Of a DNA stretch of 45,883 nt, positions 34,196 to 42,188 are shown one piece after another. Positions within the stretch are counted from its first letter, which is position 1, and every line of letters begins with the position of its first letter. The notes beneath the pieces were generated by a model, which did no database searches, was not told the origin of the DNA, and was given only the letters and a program-made list of their open reading frames with translations. The DNA comes from an uncultured Candidatus Saccharibacteria bacterium (GTDB lineage: Bacteria > Patescibacteriota > Doudnabacteria > UBA920), in the NCBI GenBank assembly GCA_964561655.1, contig CAZLQG010000002.1, positions 1-45,883 on the forward strand, written 5' to 3'. The translations under genes were made by a program, and so were the position numbers.

Positions 34196-35407
34196 TTATT
34201 TATTAAAAAATACGTAATTAAAAGCTTTCCAAAAACCAAGAAACGATTTATAAAATCTAAAATGGGCAAATTTATCTATCAAGTAAGCCAAATAACCTTG
34301 CAAATAAATTCCTCTGTCGCTCATAAGCGCCCACTTCCCGCCAATATTGACTATAAAGCCATGTAGACGCGGCCCATAAACGGGCGGCCTTTTATTTTCC
34401 ATCAATACGGGCAGGGCAGAAGCCACATATTTCGCCTCAGCAAGCGCGTTTTCCACCGAATCAAAAACCGGCCCCCGGCCTTTATACAAAACATGGACAG
34501 AATCCCCAATCACAAATATACGCTCATCGCTTTTGGCGCGTAAAAATTCATCGACGATTATTTGATTTTTTTTGCCGCGTTCAACCGGCGCCAAAAAATT
34601 AATTTCCGAAGCATAACTGCCCGCCATCCAAATTAAAACATCAAAGGGCATAACGCCGCCGCCCAGAATTTCCATCTGGTTTCTCTGCACTTCAAAAACC
34701 GGAACCGAATATTTTATTCTTATGCCCAATTTTTTAAGCCTTCTTTCGGCCAAACGGCTGAAATGACTGTCAAAGCCGGGCATCAGACAATTTAAGCCTT
34801 CGACAATAGCCGGATGAATTTTACCCTTTGGATACTGATTCTTCCAGGCAATAAAATCCAAACAACCGCAAAGTTCGCCGGCCAATTCCACCGCCGCACA
34901 ACCTCCACCGACCAAGACAATATTTAGTTCTTTTTTCCTAGCGTCGTGCCGATGCTGCTGGACCGCAAATTCAATCTGGTTCCTAATTCTTAAAGCGTCC
35001 GACAAAGTTTTAAGCGGCAGGGCATATTCCTTCGCACCTTTGACATTGTGAAAGTCCGCTTTTGAGCCCAAAGCTAAAATTAAATAATCATAATCCTGCT
35101 GCCTGTTTTCCAGTACGACCTTGCGCGCTTTTTGATCTATGAGTTTTGCTTCTCCGCGAATAAACTTAATTTTCTTGCCTTGTAAAATCTCCCTCAAAGG
35201 CAAAACCACATTTCTTTTGGCCTGTTTAATGCCCAAAAATTCCTCTTCGCTCGCTGCTACCTTAAACAGATTCGGCGTAAACAAAAAATAATCGTGCTTG
35301 TCAATTAAAACAATTTCAACTTTTGAATTTTTTTTGAATTTTTTTTCCAGTTCCAGGGCGGCAAGAAGCCCCCCAAACCCCGCACCCAAGATTACTACTC
35401 TTGTCAT
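34196..35407 (-). CDS. type II NADH dehydrogenase-like FAD/NAD(P) oxidoreductase
   Basis: 403 aa with two dinucleotide-binding motifs (VILGAGFGG and LVGGGCAAVE). Confidence 0.8.
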   Translation of the reverse strand: MTRVVILGAGFGGLLAALELEKKFKKNSKVEIVLIDKHDYFLFTPNLFKVAASEEEFLGIKQAKRNVVLPLREILQGKKIKFIRGEAKLIDQKARKVVLENRQQDYDYLILALGSKADFHNVKGAKEYALPLKTLSDALRIRNQIEFAVQQHRHDARKKELNIVLVGGGCAAVELAGELCGCLDFIAWKNQYPKGKIHPAIVEGLNCLMPGFDSHFSRLAERRLKKLGIRIKYSVPVFEVQRNQMEILGGGVMPFDVLIWMAGSYASEINFLAPVERGKKNQIIVDEFLRAKSDERIFVIGDSVHVLYKGRGPVFDSVENALAEAKYVASALPVLMENKRPPVYGPRLHGFIVNIGGKWALMSDRGIYLQGYLAYLIDKFAHFRFYKSFLGFWKAFNYVFFNK

Positions 35408-35514
35408 TTTTGTTTCAAATACTTTTCAACTACCCGATATTATACCAAATTATAGATGTCCGCGTTAGCGGACACTAAAATTTTACATTTTTAGTTTTTC
35501 ATTTTCAACTTTAT

Positions 35515-36774
35515 TTATTCGTATCTCATCGCTTCCACCGGGTCCAGCTTAGCCGCGCGCCTGGCTGGAAACACTCCAAAAATTAAACCAATCCCCCCTG
35601 CTACCGAAAAGCCAATAACAATTCCCGAAACAGGCACAACAAAACTCCAGGCCAGGCCGCTATAACTTGCGGCAAAAGCCACCAAATAGGCTAAAAAAGC
35701 GCCAACTAAAATTCCTATCACGCCTCCCACAATTGTCATTAAAACTGCTTCTATTAAAAACTCTTTTAAAATATCTGAATTCTTTGCGCCTAAAGATTTC
35801 TTAAGGCCGATTTCGCTAATTCTCTCTGTTACCACCACATACATAATATTCATAATCCCAACTCCCCCTACGAGCAGTGATATAGTAGCAATTGCAATAA
35901 GCAAAAAAGTTACTCCCGCCAAAATACTGTCAAAAATTTCCATTCCTTCATCCATTGTCATTACAAGAAAGTCGTCTTTTACCGGGTCGTCAATATTATG
36001 GTTATTTCTAATAACTATTCTCATATCTTCTGCCGTGGCTCCGACTAAGTTTTCATCTCTAAACTGGGCAATAATTCCTACTAAGTAATCAATCCCCAAC
36101 AATTTTTTATGCAAAGTGTTTAAAGGCATAAAGATTTGGTCGTCTTCTCCAGAAAATCCTCCCTTTCTCTCGTAAACCCCAATTACAATAAAATTTAACT
36201 CCCCCACCCGGACCATTTTCCCAATCGGGTTTTCAGTTTCAAACAAGTCTTCTGCAATACCGTAACCTAAAATAACGACCTGCTCTGCGCCCCTGTTTTC
36301 CGCTTCAGTATAAAACCTTCCGGAAACCAGCTCACCTTTGTCTATTTCAAACCTTTCTTCCGAAGCTCCTACAATTATAGGATTCTTTATAGTGCCTTTA
36401 TAGGAAACAGTTTTTTGGCCATAAGTTAGACCATAAGCATTTACAATATTAGGGAGCCTTTTTACATCTTCCACGTCGCGCGTTTTTAAAGTTGTAATGG
36501 CCATCCCTAAAGCCCTGGACTGGTCCGCCTGCGTCGCCTGCGCGACCGCGCCACCCTCCCTTGCTCTAGTAGTCGGCGGAACTCTGGTTACCACAGAAAT
36601 AATGTTGCTTCCGTAAATTTCTATTTGCTGATTAATAAAACTTTTAAAGCCTTCTCCGGCGGACAAGACTAAAACCACCGTGGCAATCCCGATAATAATT
36701 CCTAAAGTCGTAAGTCCAGTACGAACGGGATTTACGAATAAAGATTTTATTGCTAGTTTAAAAGCTTTGTACAT
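35515..36774 (-). CDS. ABC transporter permease, MacB/FtsX type
   Basis: 419 aa. N-terminal TM helix, large periplasmic domain and a C-terminal FtsX four-helix block ending DPVEAMRYE. Confidence 0.88.
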   Translation of the reverse strand: MYKAFKLAIKSLFVNPVRTGLTTLGIIIGIATVVLVLSAGEGFKSFINQQIEIYGSNIISVVTRVPPTTRAREGGAVAQATQADQSRALGMAITTLKTRDVEDVKRLPNIVNAYGLTYGQKTVSYKGTIKNPIIVGASEERFEIDKGELVSGRFYTEAENRGAEQVVILGYGIAEDLFETENPIGKMVRVGELNFIVIGVYERKGGFSGEDDQIFMPLNTLHKKLLGIDYLVGIIAQFRDENLVGATAEDMRIVIRNNHNIDDPVKDDFLVMTMDEGMEIFDSILAGVTFLLIAIATISLLVGGVGIMNIMYVVVTERISEIGLKKSLGAKNSDILKEFLIEAVLMTIVGGVIGILVGAFLAYLVAFAASYSGLAWSFVVPVSGIVIGFSVAGGIGLIFGVFPARRAAKLDPVEAMRYE

Positions 36775-36853
36775 TTCCCTACTAAATTACGAAATTATAC
36801 GAAAATACTAAAAAATTTTTAGTACTTTAGTACTGTTTAGTGCTTTAGTAGGG

Positions 36854-38095
36854 CTATTCATATCTCAAAGCATCGATAGGGTTTAATTTTGAAGCCTTAA
36901 TTGCAGGATAGAGCCCAAAAATTACTCCAATTAAAATTGAAACTCCCACGGCTAAAACTATGGAGATAAAAGATATAACAAACGCCCAATCATAACCTAA
37001 AGCGCGCGCCAGCAAAGCTGCCAGGAAAGACACAATAATTCCAAAAATAATCCCAATAATTCCTCCTAAAACTGTCAGCATTCCGGCTTCAAACAAAAAT
37101 TGGTCCCGGATGCTTGAGGTTGTCGCGCCCACAGCTTTTCTAAGCCCTATCTCCCGCGTGCGCTCGGCAACCGTAACCATCATAATATTCATAATTCCAA
37201 TTCCCCCAACAAGAAGTGATATAGCCGCCATAGCAGTTAAAAATAAAGTCATGGCATCGGTAATACTGCTTAAAATATCTAAGGCTTCCGCCTGGTCGCG
37301 CACGGTAAAGTCAACGTCTTTGGGGTCTTTAATTCTGTGCCTTTCGTTTAAAACCTGTTCTATTTCGGAAATAGTTACAGGCACGTTTTCTGAAGAATCT
37401 ACTTTAAGACGAATAGACTGGACATAATTAATGCCAAGGAGTTGTTTTTGCGCAATCACCAAAGGAATAAAAACTTGGTCATCCTGGCTTTGGAAAGCAA
37501 CGCTCCCCCGTTTTTTTACAACACCGATTATTTCAAAAGGCACGCTTTTAATTTTTACAACCTCTCCGATTGGGTCTTGCTGCCCGAACAAATCCTCCCA
37601 AACTGTGTAGCCCAACACCATTACGTTCGCACCTCCCCTGCCTTCCCGCTCATCATAAAATCTTCCCTTTTCCATTTCTATACTCTGAATTTTTGTATAG
37701 TTTGCGTCCGTCCCAATGTAGTTCGTGTCTATATCCCGGTTCTTCCAGACAATTGTTTCTGTCCCTTGAACAAAAGAGACTACGCCTTCTATGTGGGGCA
37801 ATCGCGATTTATTACGTAGGGCTTCTGCGTCTTCTTCTACCAAAGTGGTAATTGTAACCCCGTAAGTAGAAGAAGGTACCCCGGCCTCGTCGGTTTTTCC
37901 TGGGATAACCATTAACAAATTACTTCCTAATTTTATCACTTGGCTTAAAATAAGGCTCTTCGCTCCGGCTCCTAAAGCCATAATAATGATTACGCCTGAA
38001 ACACCAATTACAATTCCCAAAATAGTCAAAAACGACCTCCCTTTTCTAGCCAAAAGGTTCCTGATAACTAATTTGATTGTAGAAAATATTCCCAT
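36854..38095 (-). CDS. ABC transporter permease, MacB/FtsX type
   Basis: 413 aa, paralogous to the downstream permease, ending NPIDALRYE. Confidence 0.88.
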   Translation of the reverse strand: MGIFSTIKLVIRNLLARKGRSFLTILGIVIGVSGVIIIMALGAGAKSLILSQVIKLGSNLLMVIPGKTDEAGVPSSTYGVTITTLVEEDAEALRNKSRLPHIEGVVSFVQGTETIVWKNRDIDTNYIGTDANYTKIQSIEMEKGRFYDEREGRGGANVMVLGYTVWEDLFGQQDPIGEVVKIKSVPFEIIGVVKKRGSVAFQSQDDQVFIPLVIAQKQLLGINYVQSIRLKVDSSENVPVTISEIEQVLNERHRIKDPKDVDFTVRDQAEALDILSSITDAMTLFLTAMAAISLLVGGIGIMNIMMVTVAERTREIGLRKAVGATTSSIRDQFLFEAGMLTVLGGIIGIIFGIIVSFLAALLARALGYDWAFVISFISIVLAVGVSILIGVIFGLYPAIKASKLNPIDALRYE

Positions 38096-38160
38096 TCAGT
38101 ACGAAGTGGATTTTAAAATTGAATCAAGAATGCTTGTTGGAGATTCAAAAAAACTATTAA

Positions 38161-38874
38161 CTACTTCTGCAGTCCGCTCCCATCCGCAACTTTCCTGTTC
38201 TCCACTTTTGTATCTTCAACAATTTTTCCGTCTTTAAGATGGATTATTCTTTTGGCATAGGAAGCGGTGTCCCTTTCGTGGGTAACTAAAATTATGGTCC
38301 TGCCTTCGTTATTAAGTTTTTGCAAAATGTCCATTACCACCGCGCCGCTCTTGCTGTCCAAATTTCCCGTTGGCTCGTCTGCAAAAATAATTTTTGGGTC
38401 GTTTACTAAAGCTCTTGCTATTGCTACTCTTTGTTTTTCACCTCCGGAAATTTTATTGGTAAAATAATCCATCCTATGGCCAAGGCCCACGGCCTCTAAG
38501 GCTTTCTTTGCAAGCTCATTATGGTTTTTTTTATGACTGTAAATAAGCGGCAGCTTAACGTTGTCTAATACTGTCGTTCTGGCCAAAAGATTAAAAGTTT
38601 GAAACACAAAGCCCACCCTCTCATTCCTAAGTTCTGCCAAGTAGTCATCCTCAAACTTGGAAGTATCTGCTCCTTCAAAAAGAAACTCTCCGCCTGTGAG
38701 CCTATCTAAAAACCCTATTATGTGCATAAGGGTAGATTTACCGCTTCCTGAAGGTCCCATAATTGCCACGAACTCTCCCTTGTCAATAGAAAAGGTAACC
38801 CCGTGTAAAACCGAAGTTACTACTTCTTCGTTAACGTAATCTTTGGTAAGATTTTCTACTTGAATTAAGGCCAT
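38161..38874 (-). CDS. ABC transporter ATP-binding protein, MacB/LolD family
   Basis: Walker A GPSGSGKST, signature ISGGEKQRVAIARAL and Walker B IIFADEPTGNLD. Confidence 0.93.
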   Translation of the reverse strand: MALIQVENLTKDYVNEEVVTSVLHGVTFSIDKGEFVAIMGPSGSGKSTLMHIIGFLDRLTGGEFLFEGADTSKFEDDYLAELRNERVGFVFQTFNLLARTTVLDNVKLPLIYSHKKNHNELAKKALEAVGLGHRMDYFTNKISGGEKQRVAIARALVNDPKIIFADEPTGNLDSKSGAVVMDILQKLNNEGRTIILVTHERDTASYAKRIIHLKDGKIVEDTKVENRKVADGSGLQK

Positions 38875-38966
38875 GAATTAAATTTTCAATTTACAATTTC
38901 AATCAAACTCATTTTGACGTTCTAGCATTCTGTTAGGATGTCAAAATGTTAGTATGCTAGTATGGT

Positions 38967-40520
38967 TTACTTTTTTATAAACGTAACCGCTTCCTGCCCC
39001 TCATTCAGACCGCTAATTATTTCAACTAAGCCTCCGTCCGCTTCTATGCCTGTTTCCACTTCCACTTCTTCGTAAGTTTTTTTCTTGGGGTCAATAATCA
39101 CCCTGACGATTTTTTTGCCATTGGAAATTACCGCCCTTTGCGGAACCGCTAAAACTCCCTGCTTCTCCCCGGTAAGTACAGTCATATTCGCGGTCATGCC
39201 CGGCTTGATTTCTTCCAAATTATCCAAAGTGGCGGTGACTTTGTAATTTACCACGCCCGAGACTATGGTAGCTGCGGGGTTAACAGTGGCGACTTTGGCA
39301 ACAAAATGCCTATCCATACCGAGCGCGTCAAAAGTCACATCCACTTCCTGCCCCTCCTTGACTAGGGCAATATTGGCCTCGCTAATATTAACTTCCACGT
39401 GCAAATTGCCCACATCCTGCAAAACAATTACCGGAGATTGCGCCGAGGCCAGTTCGCCAGGTTTAACATCCACCTTGGTGATAGTGCCGGCTGCCGGCGC
39501 TCTTATGATGGTATTTTCTAAATCGGCTTCCGCAGCCTGAACCTGACCTAAAGCAGAGGTAACAGCAGCCTGCACGGCCTGCAGGTCAGCCGGCCTTGCT
39601 TTGATCTTTTTTAAATCTAAAGCCGCCTGCGCCGCCGCAACCGTGTTCTCTGCGGTGGTTATTGCGCTCTTTCGGGCTTCCAAAGCCGTTTGGTAAGCGT
39701 TGTAATTGGTAATATAAGTGCTGGCTAAAGTGTTAGGAATTTTAATAGTCCAATAGTCGCCATTATATGTGGTTCCGGAAAAAACAATGTATAAGCCGCG
39801 CCTGCCCAAAGGCACGGGTGTGGTTTTAACATCTCCGCCAGCGCTTTCAAGACCTGTAAGAATAAAGGCATTGTTGTTGATTGTAATTTTATAAATTCCC
39901 TGCTCTTCGCTGTTATAAGTCCCGGAAATGGTAGCCGTGGCGCTTCCGGAATTGCTGGGATTCGCGACCGCGGAAATGGTGGAATTTAAAAGCGCGTTAT
40001 AAGCATTCTTTACCGCCGTGTCCTGCTGCTGTTTTACGGTTTCCAGCACGTTCTTGGCGTTATCCAAAGTCACCTGGCTGACCACGATATCTTCGCTAGA
40101 AGCGCCATCCAAAACCTTTTGATAATTCGCCTGCGCCTGCGCGAATGCGCCCCGCGCCTGAGTCAAACGCGCTACCGAATCTCTTTGGTCTACACTCGCC
40201 AAAACTTCACCCTGCATGACCTTTTGCCCTTCCTTCACATTAACTCTTGCAACAATCCCGCTGGTTTTAAAACTTAAAGATAAATCCGTTTGCGAAACTA
40301 CCTGCCCGGTAGCCAATACTGTTTGCTTTAAGTCCTGTTTTTTTACGATTTCGCTGACAATACTGTCCGCTGGGTTATCACCTTTAAAAATACCTATTAA
40401 GATAGGTATAAAAATCACCAAAATGACGACTGTCCAAATTACTCTTTTTTTAGTGATTTTGATGCCAAACAATTTTTTTGGCTTTTTGATTTGATTGTTA
40501 TTTTCCGCAGTTCCGTTCAT
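38967..40520 (-). CDS. HlyD/MacA-family periplasmic adaptor protein
   Basis: 517 aa with N-terminal TM helix, lipoyl-like halves (TSGIVARVNVKEGQKV...IRAPAAGTITKVDVKPGE) and a long coiled-coil region carrying an extra insert. Confidence 0.85.
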   Translation of the reverse strand: MNGTAENNNQIKKPKKLFGIKITKKRVIWTVVILVIFIPILIGIFKGDNPADSIVSEIVKKQDLKQTVLATGQVVSQTDLSLSFKTSGIVARVNVKEGQKVMQGEVLASVDQRDSVARLTQARGAFAQAQANYQKVLDGASSEDIVVSQVTLDNAKNVLETVKQQQDTAVKNAYNALLNSTISAVANPSNSGSATATISGTYNSEEQGIYKITINNNAFILTGLESAGGDVKTTPVPLGRRGLYIVFSGTTYNGDYWTIKIPNTLASTYITNYNAYQTALEARKSAITTAENTVAAAQAALDLKKIKARPADLQAVQAAVTSALGQVQAAEADLENTIIRAPAAGTITKVDVKPGELASAQSPVIVLQDVGNLHVEVNISEANIALVKEGQEVDVTFDALGMDRHFVAKVATVNPAATIVSGVVNYKVTATLDNLEEIKPGMTANMTVLTGEKQGVLAVPQRAVISNGKKIVRVIIDPKKKTYEEVEVETGIEADGGLVEIISGLNEGQEAVTFIKK

Positions 40521-40634
40521 GTTACTTGCCCCGTTAGAGATGATAATAATCTTTGCGTATTATCTCCTATCCAAAACTGATCTGCTTATTGGCTCGTGTT
40601 AGATAGAATTCTCTAATGGGGTAAAAATTAATTC

Positions 40635-40940
40635 TTATTTGCCTTTTTTGGCCCCTGCCTTGCCGAAAGTTGATTCAACATATTCCTTCACGGTCTTTTC
40701 GCCTTCTGAATTACCCATCATAGTGGTTGCCATATTAATAATGTCCGCGATTTTATCTACCTTAATCATAGACAAAACTTTGCCCATTTTGGTAACCACC
40801 ATTAACTGGTCGCCCGGCTTTATGTCCAGTTCGGAGCGGGCTTTGGCCGGTATTACAATCTGCCCCCGACTTCCCACCGTGGTCGTGCCGTAAAGCTTGT
40901 TTTGCTTAATTAACTTAAGACTTACATTAAATTTAACCAT
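40635..40940 (-). CDS. AbrB/MazE/SpoVT-family DNA-binding protein
   Basis: 101 aa from ATG 40940. GQIVIPAKARSELDIKPGDQL swapped-hairpin motif. The longer track ORF (to 41066) runs through the promoter. Confidence 0.75.
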   Translation of the reverse strand: MVKFNVSLKLIKQNKLYGTTTVGSRGQIVIPAKARSELDIKPGDQLMVVTKMGKVLSMIKVDKIADIINMATTMMGNSEGEKTVKEYVESTFGKAGAKKGK

Positions 40941-40958
40941 ACTTTTTATTTTAATTCC

Positions 40959-41009
40959 ATATGTATGATATTTCATACATATCATACACGAAAATAAATA
41001 AAAAGTCAA
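40959..41009 (-). promoter_or_regulatory. promoter with overlapping 10-4-10 palindromic operator upstream of the abrB-like gene
   Basis: Minus strand reads TTGACT (41009-41004), 17 nt, TATGAT (40986-40981). A perfect palindrome ATATGTATGA-tatt-TCATACATAT occupies 40959-40982. Confidence 0.6.
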
Positions 41010-41090
41010 GACTTTATTCCTCCCCTCTCTCCCCTTGCGACCATCGGCTCTAAGGCTCAGGCTCAAAGAGGAAAGAATTAGGGGGCGAGG

Positions 41091-41131
41091 GTAAAAAGAA
41101 ATAGGAGCCGGCAGCGCAGTGCGCCGGCTCC
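41091..41131 (-). terminator. rho-independent terminator after the 60-aa ORF
   Basis: GGAGCCGGC-N10-GCCGGCTCC followed by ATTTCTTTTT on the minus strand. Confidence 0.75.
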
Positions 41132-41151
41132 AGGGATGATGACTGTTTCCG

Positions 41152-41334
41152 CTACCAATATAGGGGCATATTGCGAACGGTTTCTGCCGTCCTTACTTTT
41201 TGTTCGGATAACTCCAGCGTAGCTGGATCTGTCCCTTGCTTTTTGAACCCCGACTCTTCGCCGAAGTTTTCTTCTGTCTGTTCCTCTCTTTTACGCGGTT
41301 CCCATGTGGGACCGCCCTGAGCGGTTTCTGTCAT
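41152..41334 (-). CDS. small acidic, likely disordered protein (60 aa)
   Basis: MTETAQGGPTWEPRKREEQTEENFGEESGFKKQGTDPATLELSEQKVRTAETVRNMPLYW. GAGGAG SD about 8 nt upstream of the ATG and its own terminator. Confidence 0.45.
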   Translation of the reverse strand: MTETAQGGPTWEPRKREEQTEENFGEESGFKKQGTDPATLELSEQKVRTAETVRNMPLYW

Positions 41335-41535
41335 CGCTATTTTCTCCTCTTCCAAATTGTATTTTGGCCTTGAGACCAAAAAATAAAAGTTAAATTTTAA
41401 CTTCAATTTTCTGGTCTCAAAATTATTATTGTTCGAACGATCTACCCGACTACGCTTTGACAAAATCAAGGCGGACGGGAGTCGAGAATGTTCTGCTTAA
41501 AAATTTAGCTTTTCGATAAACTTAAAGACTAAATT

Positions 41536-41584
41536 TTAAAAAAGGTGAAAGGAAGCCGGGCCGGGTACTACTGGTCCGGCTTCC
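41536..41584 (-). terminator. rho-independent terminator after the GC-rich segment
   Basis: GGAAGCCGG...CCGGCTTCC followed by TTTCACCTTTTTT on the minus strand. Confidence 0.7.
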
Positions 41585-41606
41585 TTGGTTATGGAGATGC
41601 ATGGCA

Positions 41607-41843
41607 TTACCCCCTTATCCGCATAGGATTAAGGGCGAAAAACAGGGGTTTGCCCTTACATTCCGGGCACCTATTGTCGAGGGCCGACACCTGCTGCAGA
41701 CAGCCTGTGCAGAGATGAAATGCCCGGTTTTGGGGAAGTCGTAGCCCCATAAGCCACCCCGCCTGGCGAATCCGAATCCTGACTGGTAACTTGCACAGCC
41801 ACCAGTCCAGCAAGAGACGCACGATGATCCATGCTTTACGCAT
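41607..41843 (-). CDS. small zinc-ribbon protein (78 aa), or spurious ORF inside a structured GC-rich RNA
   Basis: GGACGAGGAGGAAGC-ATG gives a strong SD. MRKAWIIVRLLLDWWLCKLPV...CTGC-x11-CPEC. GC content is visibly above the surrounding sequence. Other frames are also open, so coding is uncertain. Confidence 0.4.
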   Translation of the reverse strand: MRKAWIIVRLLLDWWLCKLPVRIRIRQAGWLMGLRLPQNRAFHLCTGCLQQVSALDNRCPECKGKPLFFALNPMRIRG

Positions 41844-41919
41844 GCTTCCTCCTCGTCCCGCGGCAAGGCGGGACATTCCTGATTGTTGTTGGTTCGCTTG
41901 CCCGTCGGGGCAAGCTAGG

Positions 41920-42011
41920 TAGGGATACTCAGATTCGAACCAAGATTTCATCCTTTCGGAGCCTTCAGACGGCTCTCCTTGGATGCGTCCTAACCCTTAG
42001 ACGATATCCCC
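41920..42011 (-). tRNA. tRNA-shaped gene with a 27-nt anticodon loop region that forms a second arm (non-canonical; not assignable)
   Basis: Hand fold: GGGGATA-TC-GTCT-AAGGGTTA-GGAC-G-CATCC-[AAGGA GAGCC GTCTGAA GGCTC CGAAA]-GGATG-AAAT-CTTGG-TTCGAAT-CTGAG-TATCCCT-A. U8, G18G19 and the TTCGAAT T-loop are all canonical. Confidence 0.6.
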
Positions 42012-42013
42012 AC

Positions 42014-42044
42014 AAACAAAAAACCGAGCTCACGTTGAGCCCGG
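42014..42044 (-). terminator. intrinsic terminator (candidate attenuator) 2 nt upstream of the tRNA-like gene
   Basis: Minus strand reads CCGGGCTC-AACGT-GAGCTCGG (8 bp, one G.U) followed by TTTTTTGTTT. Confidence 0.7.
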
Positions 42045-42083
42045 AAGTCTTAAGTCAAATCTTTGTTCGTGTAATTCGTGCGA

Positions 42084-42179
42084 TTAGTGCATTTGTGAAT
42101 TCAACTCAAAATTTCTGGCCTCAACGTGCCCAGTAAAAAAGTAAAAGAAAAACCAGAAATTTTGAGAGAATTTATTCAT
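42084..42179 (-). CDS. 31-codon aromatic-run mini-ORF (candidate leader peptide)
   Basis: MNKFSQNFWFFFYFFTGHVEARNFELNSQMH, translated by hand codon by codon. The ATG lies 9 nt after the -10 hexamer and has no SD. Confidence 0.4.
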   Translation of the reverse strand: MNKFSQNFWFFFYFFTGHVEARNFELNSQMH

Positions 42180-42188
42180 ATTTGTCTT

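Noticed and set aside
40941-41066. N-terminal extension of the AbrB-like ORF (143-aa version)
   Set aside because: The extension would be translated from the promoter, the operator palindrome and a GC-rich repeat. The AbrB domain starts right after Met43 (ATG 40940).
41557-41920. RNase P RNA, tmRNA, SRP RNA or 6S RNA in the GC-rich segment
   Set aside because: There is no GAGGAAAGUCC/ACAGAA P4 pair, no tmRNA-type split acceptor with a tag ORF, and no GGAA-tetraloop SRP domain IV motif. Only weak partial resemblances were seen (GGGGAAGTCGTAGCCCCATAAGCCA on the plus strand).
41607-41951. 114-aa ORF-track protein and the overlapping ORFs 41615..41866 (-) and 41831..42136 (+)
   Set aside because: The long version runs through the tRNA-like gene and two hairpins. 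The plus-strand ORF is antisense to the tRNA-like gene and terminator. Only the SD-preceded 78-aa version (41607-41843) is retained, at low confidence.
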